The notes under the pieces are model-generated. The model saw only the letters and a program-made list of their open reading frames with translations, was not told the origin of the DNA and did not search any database. This document shows positions 33,001-45,000 of a stretch of 64,000 bases of DNA, one piece after another. The stretch's first letter is position 1, and each line of letters starts with the position of its first letter. The translations under genes were made by a program, and so were the position numbers. Origin of the DNA: Nymphaea colorata (lineage: Eukaryota); assembly GCF_008831285.2 (NCBI RefSeq), contig NC_045138.2, forward strand, positions 26,102,001 to 26,166,000, read 5' to 3'.

Positions 33001-33830
33001 CGACCTTCGTGAGCTAACATGTAATGAAGAAAGAGACAAAAGATTACTGTTTTGGCACCAGTGAACAGAACCCGTCAGAACTTGTGGACAAATCTCAAAT
33101 TCCAAGGACGACCGTGAAACGGACCACGTCGGTGGAATGCCGGCTTCGAGGCACACCATGCCTTCTAAAGTTTATAAAAGAAAAGCCATCAACAAAGAGG
33201 GTCTGTGGATTAAGAGTTCTTAAAGCACCATCATCAGTAACTGAAAGGGACAGAAAAAATGATGGACGAAGCAGAAGCAGGAAAGTGAATTCTTTGAAGT
33301 ATTTTTACATTAGCACAAAATGACGAGGTTCAGGAAAATGGTGTGAAGCGGATGCAGAGAAATAATAAGAATCGGATTCTCCGCAACGTGACAAGGTGTT
33401 TCATGCTGTCACTGCTACCGATAGATGACCTTTGTGTGCTGTCTGGCGTCTGCTCTGTGAAAAGAATTGACGATTATAACTTTTTCTTCTTCTGTTGATG
33501 AAAAAAATTATACTACATGGCTACTAACTGCAATTTCTTTTCAAATGTACAAATTCTTCATTCTTCAGCGAAAATTTCACCCTGAGTCAAGTACAAGTAC
33601 AAGGTGAAATTTCAAGAGATGCGGCTTCGTGGAAGTTACCACGAGATCTGGACTCCGATTTCACCATGGGTAGTTCTTCGTCTCTGTTTTTACCACGAGG
33701 CACCACCAACATTGGAAATCGAGACCACCAACTTCAGCCAACTTCTAAGGCCCTTTACTCTCTGCTGCTGCTCACGTCCCACTTGCTTCTTGGTTTCTTC
33801 CCTCTTTTTGTCCCTCTCCCAACCTTTGCC

Positions 33831-33838
33831 TATAAATA
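33831..33838 (+). promoter_or_regulatory. TATA box of the defensin gene
   Basis: TATAAATA about 50 nt upstream of the ATG at 33882. Confidence 0.6.
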
Positions 33839-33881
33839 CGACTTCATTCGAGGCCTCCCCACACTTCAAAGTGAAGAGAAA

Positions 33882-34221
33882 ATGGAGATGAAGAAGAGCG
33901 TCCTCCCAGTTCTGTTGCTCTTGCTGCTGTTGGTGGCCACACCTAGTGGGGCTCCTTCTCTTCATCACTCGCACTGGTGTTTCAGTCCAGTTTGCTAATC
34001 AACTCTTTTTTGATCGCTTTGTCCTAACAACTCGTGTTCTATGTGTGTTTGCAGATATGACGAACACTGCAGAAGCAAGAACGTGCGAGTCGCAGAGCCA
34101 CCAGTTCAAGGGCCGCTGCTTTAGCGACCACAACTGCGGTATGGTGTGCAAGACCGAGGGCTTCTTCGGGGGCAAATGCAGAGGCTTTCGTGGGAGATGC
34201 TTCTGCACTAAACCGTGTTAG
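33882..34221 (+). CDS. Plant defensin (gamma-thionin/PDF type), ~76 aa, 2 exons
   Basis: Signal-peptide exon 33882-33945 ([21 protein letters not shown]), phase-1 intron, exon 34055-34221 encoding [50 protein letters not shown] with 8 Cys and a gamma-core. Confidence 0.93.
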
Positions 34222-34745
34222 AGGAGATCTCCTGATGTGAAGCACACGTCTCCCTAGGACTAGTGGACTGCTTACTTCTTAAGTTCTGGAGAGTTTGGTT
34301 GATGTCTGATGTTGGTCGAGTCTTCCTGTCACCATCGTGGCCTTTCTTGTTGCGTTTTCATCTTGTGCTTCTCATTTTGAATAACAGATCTCTTGGTGTC
34401 TATCTATAATATGAGCGTCTTATTTCATTTCAAGAAGTTGTTTTATCCAAGTGAGATTGACCAATTTAAGAGAGAGAGAGAGCACATTACCCTTTCTTAA
34501 GAAAGCTGTCATATGCACGAAACATATCCTTATCCTTGGTGAGCAACATTTTCTACAAAGTTCTCCAAGCATAATGCAACTATAGTATGCGAAGATACGC
34601 TTCAAAGAGCTTGAGTCAACTATTTCTCTCCCATTCTCATTCACTCACCACAACAGCAAAAGCAGCAGAAGACAAAAAAAAAAAAAAAAATCTAATTCAC
34701 CATTCGCCACAGCAGCAAAAAGAACCAGAAGACAAAGAACTCTAA

Positions 34746-35866
34746 TCACTGATCCCCATCATCCGAATAAGGAGCATGTATGTCTTCCATTACGTCCAGA
34801 ATGGAGCTCGATTCTGCCGGCAAGCTTAAGCCTGTTCTATTTCTGTCTACAGGTTCAGCCCCTTGATAGGGGTGAGACGCAATGCCTCGCAGCCGGCTTA
34901 TGGCCCTCATTACCCCTAGATCACGAAGCTTTTTCTTAGACAAGTCCTGTAGGATGTTGTCACCTAGCCCTATCGTATTTTCAATCTCGCATTCATCAAG
35001 GTCGCTGATCGACAGAGCAAAAATACAGATTTTCCAACGTATGGACATGAAACTACACCGGTTGAACTTGACTTGTCTCGCATTCGATATGTCAAGGGAC
35101 TTAAGGCCCCCCCGGCACCGCTCCAGAACCAGCTGCAATGCTTCATGGCAAAAGCTACAGTAAGAGAGATCAAGGTGTCGAAGATTCGGAAGATGATTGA
35201 CAATGGCAGAAGCTATATCCACGGTAACGTTCCCCAGAACTTTCAATCTAGTGAAGTCCTTGCAAACAGCATTGATCTGCTTCAACAGCTCGCTGGAAAT
35301 GGCTCCATCATCAACTTCCATGCTCCGTAGCTTGGTACATTTGCTGATTGCCAGGCTGAATTCTTCAGCATACAGAACTTTGGGACAGAGCAAGGAGAGG
35401 TGCTCGATGTTCGGACAACTACAGAAAAAGAAGAAACGCAAACCAGTGGCTATAATAGCATGTAACTAGAGGGAAACTTCAGTGATTGAGTTCCCCAATG
35501 AAGAAAAGCAAAACATGGTAAACTGTAAAGGCGTCAGGTTTACCTGTTGGCGAGGCACAGCAGGTCGCTAGACTGCCATTCCATTTCCGGAAATTTGATG
35601 GACACCATTGATTGCCTGCTCTGAGAAATTGCGAAGGCGAGCGCCTGGTGGAAGGGGGCGGAGCCTTGGTGGACGGAGCAGATCCTAGGAGAGATGCGGT
35701 ACCAGTACTGAAGGAAGTCCAAGTGTTGCCAGCAGGAAGGGTCCTTTGAGGCCTCGCGCCAATGCTTGCACACGGCCGGCACTCCGATCACGAGGTCGTC
35801 GAACCTTACCCTCTTGAAAACGTTCACTAGGATATCGATCGGAAGATCTTCCCACCCTTTTCTCAT
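34746..35866 (-). CDS. F-box/LRR-repeat (FBW2/SKIP-like) protein, ~331 aa, 2 exons
   Basis: Exons 35544-35866 (WEDLPIDILVNVF...VPAVCKHWREASKDPSCW, an F-box) and 34746-35418 (CPNIEHLSL, LPNLRHLDLSYC, LRRs); GT-AG intron; 996 nt in frame. The start codon is uncertain (see findings). Confidence 0.85.
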
Positions 35867-36675
35867 CTGCAACCGCCATTTTCAGAAGAGTGAGTAGAGA
35901 CAAGTAAAACGTTCTTTTGCACCAAGCCCACTGTTTGTCAGCGACCTTCCGATGATGTAGAACTCAAGTTGGCAGTGGGCACCAAGCCTACTGTTTATAT
36001 TTTCTTTCTAGAAGCAACCATTTCTTACAGCCGGTTTGGATGGAGGGAGAGGAAGGAAAAGGAACGAAAAGAAATGTCTTTTGAATGATTAATTAATATG
36101 GAGAGAAGAGAAGGGAAAACTAATAACCGGGATGCAAGAGAAATGAAAGAAAAGAGATGAGTAATAAAATAAGTTTTTAATATAATTCCAATCCCAAATG
36201 GAGAGATGGAAAGGGAAAGGAATGGATGATGGTTCCATTTCATTTCTTCTTTTCCTCCCTATTTTCTTGTCTTTCCTGTCTCTTTCATCCATTCCTTTTC
36301 CTCTCTTTCCTTTCATCCAAACATAGCATAGCATAGCGTTAGTGTGAGCAATTTGAATGTGAAAAGAACATTCCAAGACCAAATCATAGTAACATTTTGA
36401 TGGTTTCTTTTGATCAATAATGAATCATTGGCAGTACATCTTTTAAAACTCTTGTTTGTCAAAGTCCTCACTTTAGTTTTGCATTACACGCACCAGAGGA
36501 TTGCTTTAGTCCATGTATGATTTTTTCAAACTTGCACTTGCAGACGACAAGTATCTTTGTTGCGACAAGGAGGTAAACGTTTCATACTGATTCATCTGTT
36601 GGTGTTATGCGTATTTGTTGTTGCTGCTGTGATTCGACAGTTCAGAGCTTAGCGCAACGAGAAAAAAAGGGAGAA

Positions 36676-37030
36676 GCTCTGGTACCATCTTAAATCAGAA
36701 ACAAGGAACAAAAAACGTACAATGGAAACGAGAGAAGAGGAAAATGAACAAGAGAGCACAACAATTACCTTGGCTCGGTCCCCAAGAACCTTAGTTCACG
36801 GCGGCAAAGATTAGATTCTAGTTCATGTTTTCAGCAATATATCAGCAGCCAGGTTTATAGGCTTCGTTCCAGCAACTACCCAAAATGAGAGAAACAACCT
36901 TCCTTGTTGATAAAGCAAATTAAAGGTACCAGTTATCCAAAAAGAGCAAGATAAACTATGAGAATGAATCCCTAAAATTTCGGCTGCTAATGTGAATCTT
37001 CCACATCGAGATTGATCTTTGCTCACCCAA
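36676..37030 (-). mobile_element. Possible LTR-retroelement remnant
   Basis: Minus-strand TGGTACCAGAGC (36676-36687) is one mismatch from the tRNA-iMet primer-binding site TGGTATCAGAGC; no second LTR or coding domain seen, so the extent is a guess. Confidence 0.25.
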
Positions 37031-37695
37031 AAACCGTATGGCTAGTATACACTCGACAGAATGGGAGGGAAATAAATTCTACGGGAGGTGCTCCGCCAAC
37101 TTGTGCTGATGGGAGGGTTCAGGGGGAAAGTAACACGGGCGGTCGCCTCGGATTAGGGGCTCAAGGGACGCCATAACACAAAGGAGGTAAGGGAAACGAC
37201 GACATGTGAGTATCGAGAAATGCCAGCACGGAGAGAAATTGGAATGAGAAGGACTATGGCTGCGAGCTGCGTTCAAGGACAGTGGTCATGATCACAAAGG
37301 CGACTCAAAAAAAGGGGTGACGGCAGACGAGACAAGCATGGTGGTGCAGCATCCAAGGGCTGCCGGCGAAATCGAGTCTCCGTGGCTTCAATGTGGCCAT
37401 GGCTTGCCGGCGCTGATGGCATTCCATTTCCTCTCATTGCCGGGAAGAAGGAACCGTTGATTGCCGGGAAGAAGGAAGGGTTGATTGTCTATAAGAAAGT
37501 CTCATTTTTCTACTTTAACAAAATCTGGGTTTTTCAACGCAATGCAACTGGCATGCGAAGGACCAAAGCTAAGAGTCACCAATGGAAGAAAAAGTTGTTT
37601 AGGCAAACCATTTTTGTCCGGCCTGGGCATTCCCATTTGCTGGTCATCGGAACTGCGAAAAACACGAGAAAACGAAGAATTTATTCTTGAACCGA

Positions 37696-38142
37696 TCACA
37701 GATTTCCGTCATCGGAATAGGGAGCATATATGTCTTTATGTCAAAAAAATGGTGCTTGATTCTTCCGCCAAGCTCCACTTTATTCCGTTTGATCCGTCCA
37801 AACGCACAGCCCCTTGATGGGATGAGATGCAAGGTCCGGCAGCCGGCTCATGGCCGTCATTCATCACCCCTGGATCTCGACGCTTCTTCCCAGACAAGTC
37901 CTTTTGCATACTGCAACCAGCGTACAATATGAGACCGAGAATCTCCGTCGCACAGTCAGGCGAGGTGCTGATCCACAGAGCAATATTACAGATTTTAGCA
38001 TGTATGGTCATGAGAGTATACGAGTCGAGCTTGGCTGGTCTCGTGTTCGTTATGTCGAGAGACTTGGGAAGAGAACCCGGCACCGCTTCTGAACCAGCTG
38101 CAATGCTTCGGGACAAAAACCGCAGTACGAGAGATCAACTAA
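37696..38142 (-). pseudogene. Truncated, frameshifted paralog of the 3' half of the F-box/LRR gene
   Basis: Colinear similarity to ~34746-35175 (TTGATCTCTCGTACTGC, GCATTGCAGCTGGTTC, GGACTTGTCT, ATGCTCCCTATTCCGATGA...TGA); frameshifts; no F-box exon found upstream. Confidence 0.8.
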
Positions 38143-40331
38143 ATGTGTCCTCAAAATATGTTGCCTATCACATCACCATGTATGCTATTTTGGATTACAA
38201 CTTTCTACATCCAACTTGAATACAGTCAATTAACCAACATTCTCCCAAGTTCCTGCCAACCACCTGCAGATTAGCAGAGAGATGACAACTCCTTAAACTC
38301 AGTGCTGCTATGGAAGGATCTTATGAATGTCCATGAAAGATACATCATAGATCGAACTGCGATGATGAAGTTCTTTCTAAGTGTATTTTCAACTTGTCAA
38401 AGACCTGATAACACCTGAGGGTTTTCAATTCAAAGTAGGGACTGGTTCTCAATCAGTCATGAATGCCTGTTTCTTGTCTTCTTTGTTGACAGCATTAGAC
38501 AACCTTGGATCGATTCATTTACTCTGTTTTGAGTTGTTCCTTTGGAACCACTGTGAGCAGCAGGGGTGGAACCAGGTTTTCTTCCTTAGGAGGGCCAAAG
38601 GGACATGCAACACACTAAATATAGTTTTTTTTTAAAAAAAAATTTTGACGAGCCAATACCTAGTTTTCAAAATATTCTATACGGGTAACGGGCCAAATTC
38701 ACACTTTTAAAAAATTTAGTATGTAAATTTTAATTTTTTTTTAGAAGGTGAGGAGTACTAATTTTTCACAACTCATTCTCAATCTTAAATACAAGACTAA
38801 ATTTTGCAAGGAAAGCAAGGAAAAGAAAAGAGAGATTAATATTGAGGAGAAAGAAAAAGGAAAGGAAGGAAAAGAGCAGCCTTTCCGTTTTTAGTATCCA
38901 AAATAGATTCTATCATTTTCCTTTCTTTCTCTCCATCCTAATGGGGCAGATTGGGCAGCTGCTTCACTTCCAACTTAGTTTAAATAATAAACTTAAATGG
39001 GCAATGATCATTGTATGAGATTGAAGGAATTTTGAGGAGATTTTCAATCTCTCTTGGAAGACTTTCGAAGATTTACATGTGACACAAAAACATAGGAAAA
39101 TGGTATAAATTAAGTTGATAAAACCCGTTTTTTTCGAAAAGGACCCGACAAAAATGATAAAAACAATGAAAACGGAAAAATGTTTCTAAATGGAAATCGA
39201 AGGGCAAGAACTGCAACTGATTCCACTAGCAACAGAAACCAAAGCGATGCATGTCGATTCAAAAGTGATTACATCGAGTTTTCTTGGTGAAATATGCTTT
39301 GAATCGCAAATATTTTGTCAACATATACATTCCAACTTTGAATCGACATGCACCTTCGTGGTTCAGTTGCAATTCATGCCTTTTGACTTCAGCTCCTCTT
39401 TACTTTCATCTCAACATTTTAGAAACATTTTTCCAAAGGCCTAAGTTGCAACGGAAAAATGTTGCTACCTCTTCTCTTTGTGGGCAACTGAATACATCTT
39501 GTACTCAGTGAATTATTATCTCTATAACCTTCTGCAAAGTGTTTGGGGACATGGAAAGTGCTCCCTAGGACAATTACATTCATAGTTTGTTCAAGTTTCC
39601 TCCTATCAAATTGGCAATTTCTCTTGCTCTTGATTAATATTGGGCACCTTGCCAGGGGCCGTCGGGCTTTCGGGCCCGCAGCCCGGTTCAGGCCAGGCTC
39701 AGGCTGCAAAAAATGGCATTGGGCCGGTCCTGACCTGGACCTGACACGAAATCGGAGCAGGCTTGGACCCGGACTCAAAACATTTTTCTAAAGGCCTAAG
39801 TTGACCTGGCCTGACATTCATTCTTAGGTTTTTATATTCAAAAGGATACTATGTATATAACAGCACAAATATTTGAAAATGTTAATAGGTAATTTTAAAA
39901 ACATTGAAAGGCTGGTGAGGGCAACTGCCCACACGGCCACACTACCTCTGGTTATAGTGCTAACCCAAAAGGACAAAGAGCATGGTAGGTATATTCTGGG
40001 TTAAATGATCCACATACAAAAGTTCTTCTTTGTTATATCAGTTTACCCTAGGTCCCGAATACTAAGGAAAAAGAAAGGAAGCTGTCGTTGAGTGCTGGAG
40101 GTTTTTTTTCCCTCTCATGTCCATTTCATCTCATCTCTCATGTTTCTTCTCAAATCTGGCATTTTTCTAAAGGACAAAAAGCATGGTGGATATGAGAATT
40201 CTTTTTTGAGATGTGCTCGCAAGGATGAGGAATGCCAGTGAGACTTCTGCTCACCAACCATAGACATATCTCTTGTGTTAGCAAGAGAAGCAACGAAGGT
40301 AGTTATCTATACAGGCCTATGTGCATGAAAC

Positions 40332-40494
40332 GAGGGACGGAGCCCGAAATTTTTTACGAAAGGGAGAGGGGGACGAATTAAAGTTTCTAAATTTTGACTA
40401 AAACTGAAATATTATTTTTCAAAAATTTTATATAGAACAAGTGAAATGGGCCAGGGCCCAGGGCCTATGCGTGCCTACCTTGGCTCTGCCCCTG
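40332..40494. mobile_element. hAT-type MITE with 8-bp target-site duplication
   Basis: GAGGGACGGAGCC...GGCTCTGCCCCTG inverted ends flanked by CATGAAAC / CATGTAAC (7/8 identical). Related starts at ~38561 (CAGGGGTGGAACC) and ~51672. Confidence 0.7.
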
Positions 40495-42031
40495 CATGTA
40501 ACCTTTCCTTCCTTAAAGAGTAGGTTAGGGCCATCCTCAAAGTGGGCTGTGCATGGTGCACCCTAGTGAACGTAATCTTTCCGACTTGTTACATAAACAC
40601 ATGTTTATGTTTGGTGGCTTCTTTTTTAAATGGTTGCGTCACGCAAGTGAGTTGGCCCCCTTTAAAAACTATACTACCTACCACCTACTATATTATTAAT
40701 TAATGTACCAATTCAAATTAAGTAAGTTCGTGCAAAATTAAATATGCGTCTTGATACACGGTTTTAAGTGGCGAGGAGCGTCAGTAAATGTCGGGAAAGA
40801 TATTTTACACAAGCACATTAGTTGAAGATGGTCGCCGTTAAAAACTATAGAACGTCACTCCAATTCGTCCAAGGAGCGTCAGTAAATATGCGCTCTGTTT
40901 AATGGACGTAAACAGCTGGTACATGTGCCTTGGAAAAAAGAAATCAGATTTGAGGTTTCATGAAATAAGTCAAACTTTGTGGAGTCATGAAGAAAAAAGG
41001 GAAACGGTAAAGGGGAGGGCGCATTGTGTGGGAGTACTTTCTTAAAATAAGAAGTGAGAAAAAAGAAGAGAAAGAAAGGCCTTGGCTTTCTTCTTACAGT
41101 AAAGATTCCATCATTGAAAGGTATTCTTCTTTGGGTTCTCTTTTCTTTTGTTGATGTTCTCCTTAAGGTCTTTCCCAATTTGGGTTTTGAATGATATATT
41201 ATATTGCCTCTTTATAACCTCCATCTGATTGATTACCAGTGGAATTATGCTCCTCTTTTGCCTCAGATGCAAGGCACATTGCCCAACCACGTATATATCG
41301 TGTTGGTGTATTGCTTTTGTTTCTTATAGTTAATTTTTCTTATTGTTTGATAATTTTTGTAGTGGATTATTTCGATCGAACAACATATTTTTTGCTTTAA
41401 CAACTACTATATTGCAGTTTTTTCCCTATAAGTGTCCCTTTGATTTTGTTTTTAAAGAAAAAAGTATTTCCCCTAACTGAGCCGGATTTGAAACATGGCT
41501 AACCAAAAGATATTTTTTAAATGTTTACCTAAGCAAAACCACCAACTGTGTTGAACCCTCAAAACCATACCTTTATGTCGTCTGTCTCTAAGGTTCTAGC
41601 TTGCATTCGAACCTTGTAAACCTACAACATACCATGGTCATACTTGCCACCCTTTTTGCAGCCTACAAAAAATAAAGTACAAGAACTTAACAATGGGCAC
41701 CGGGTTCCAACCTCAAACTCTTGAGACCAATCTAAAAGATATTTACAAAAAGTCAATTATAAATTTTCTGTATCAGGGCTAATTTAGCCAAATATCATTT
41801 AAAGAAAGTCGATTTTGACTTTCCAAATCGAACTGAAACACCAGCACCAGCGCTGACATGGGTGTAGCAGGTGTTTAAATCCACCCGTGTGCCAGGCTTG
41901 TGTATGCATGTGAAAATGTGAACATATGTGTGTATGAGAGAGAGAGAATGCACAATGGAATGCAAAAAACCACTTACAAACAAGGAGGAAATACATTACA
42001 GATAAGCATGCAGTGGCATTTTTGCCATGGC

Positions 42032-45000
42032 TTATTCTTTGGTCATCTCCAGTATCGTCGTGAGCCTAGGTTTCTTGTATCTTCTCAAGAGTAAAGACGA
42101 ACAAACAACACTTACAGAAGAAAATGCCATACAGGCCCCAGCCACCCATGGTGGCAGCCTCAATTTAATGACTGGGAAAAAGGCTCCAGCTGCGAGGGGA
42201 ATGGCAAGAATGTTATACCCCATTGCAAATATGTAATTCCAACGGATCCGCGCAAAAGTTTTCCTCGATAGATCGATGGCTGTGATTACATCTTCAAGGT
42301 TACTCCTCATCAACACATAATCTGCTGCTTCAATGGCGATATCAGTCCCTGCCCCAATCGCCATTCCAACATCAGCCGCTGCAAGGGCAGGTGAATCGTT
42401 GATGCCATCTCCAACCATGGCGACGACCTTCCCATCCTTTTGAAGAGAACGAATGGTTTCAGCCTTTCCAGATGGCATTACCTCCGCTTCGACACGTGTA
42501 ATACCAACCTGAATTCACAAAAGAAGGCCAAATAATAAGCAAGTTTCAGAGTTTTTCCTTCTTCACGAGGGTAGACATAGAACCAATGAAGACCAAGGTG
42601 GGTAAAGAAATTGCGTGCAGGAAGACGTGGCTTTCCTGGAGTTCAATATATTTTAAAACAGTTCAATTAGTTAGAAACTGTGAATTAAACCGTGCTCGAA
42701 GTTAACGCTCTATAGTATGTTCGAGTCTAAGTTATACGAATGAAGACCACCAAAAACGGTGACAGCAAAAACAAGACAGAACGGCAATCAAATCCCTCTG
42801 TATCTAAAAGTAGGCATCCAAGGAAGATTTGCACCTCTTTTGCTATAGAACGGGCTGTCCTTAAGTTGTCCCCTGTTACCATAACAGGCAGAATTCCCAT
42901 TTTCTTTAGACCTTCAATCACCACTGCAGCTTCTCTTTTAAGAGGATCAGACACTATCAAAATACCAATAAAGGCACCATCATATGCAACTAGTATACCA
43001 GTTTTGGCATACTCTTCCATTTCTGCCAAGTATGTCTCAGCCTGTAATGGTATTGACACTCCACCCTCTAACAGCAATTTGCGGTTACCAACCTATTCAA
43101 AATTAACAGCTGCAATCAGCACACGGTAACAAATAATTTATAAGGGCCTTAACGCCATTTAATATTCTCATGCTCTAAACCATTAGCTTACCAGAACTAG
43201 TTTTCCATTGATCAAGCATTGTACACCTTTCCCTGGCAAAGCTAAAAACTCTGTCACATTATGAAGCCAAAAGGAATATTTTGAGTCCTTGGAATGCATG
43301 CCAGAACCTTTGGTCACAAGTGGTTCGCCAAGAAAATGGTAGTGGTGCGCATACTCTATAGTGGCTCTTGCCAATGGATGCTCACTGCTTGCCTAGAGCA
43401 AAGACATGACATAAGTTACTATGTCCAAGCTACCTTCAAGTATTAAAAATTTCTCTAGGTACAACTTAGACCAAAATGGCATCAAGGAGACAGCATAGAT
43501 TACCTCTGCTGAAGCAACTAATTTCAGAAAGTCACCCAATTCCATCTCTTTAAAGACCTTCACTGATGTAACTGCAGGCCTGCCCTGTGTAAGTGTGCCA
43601 GTCTTGTCAAACACAACATATTGAACTTTTTGGGCCCTTTCAAGGGCATCTCCGCCTTTTATAAGAACTCCGTGATTAGCCCCAACCCCAGTAGCAACCA
43701 TGACTGCAGTTGGTGTTGCCAATCCAAGTGCACAGGGGCAAGCAATCACCACAACAGATATTGCAAACATAAGAGCAAATACGAAGGGGCTGCTATTTTT
43801 AGGTAACCAAGTGGCTGGGTATGCATTGAAGGTGCCACAGAGGTACCTAAATCGAAAGAAGAATATCTGAGAAACAGCACTATATGAATTCTGGAGACTG
43901 CAGTGAAGCACAACTTTGATGCACATGAAGAAGACACTTACCAGGCAAAAAACGTCAATAACGACAGGGAAACAACAGTTGGAACAAATATGCTAGCAAC
44001 CTGTAATGTTTAAAGCATCAGTTCATCTCAAACATGGTAGATATGACCACCATTAGCAGATCTGACTGATCAAGCACTATCTAATAATTTGATGCACAAA
44101 AAAGGAATGAAGAAACTGTGGACAAAATTTCCAACTATGGGAGTTGACATGTTTCCCTTGTACGAAATGAATCTTGTCTACTTATCAAAAGCTATGGAGG
44201 AAATTTGTCAACAGCTTCTGAATTCAGAAGTCTCAAGGACACCCAAGAAAATCAGACAAGTATCAAGACACTACAAAGAACTACAACAAAGTAACTATCC
44301 TTAACGTTAGAAACATTACAAATGAATCGTGAACACCATAGACTTACATAGTCTGCAAATTTCTGAATAGGTGCCTTTGACAGTTGGGCCGTCTCCACCA
44401 AAGATATTATCTTATTCAAAACAGTATCGGAACCCACTTTGGTGGCTTTAATGTGAAGTGCCCCATGTAGATTAATGGTACCTCCTATTACTGAAGAATT
44501 AACCTCTTTCAGAACAGGTTCAGATTCACCAGTAACCATACTCTCATTCACATAACTGGAGCCCCACAAGACTACACCATCAGCAGGAACTTTTGAACCA
44601 GGAAGAACTTTTAATACATCACCAGGCTGAATTAGCAAAGAATCAATCTCACGTTCACCAGTGCATTTTCCATCTGAAATTGAATTAAATCATGAGCAAC
44701 ACTCCAAATAATTACCATGTTTCTTAGGTGGGCACAGAAAAAAAAAAAAGTGTCATACATGTAAAAGGAGCTAGAACAGCCTTGCAAAACCATAAGCTTA
44801 ACCAGAGTGTTCAAAAGCAATGAGTTGCAAGCTGGAGACGTACCTTCTGATATTTCAAAGCGTCATGCAAATGCACTGAAAGCAGTAAAATGAACAAAAC
44901 ATTTATAGAAAAGCTTACCAGAATCCATAATAAGCAGCAATGCAGTTGCTGGGGCAAGTTCCACAAGCTTCTTGATGGCCTCTGACGTCTTACCTTTTGC

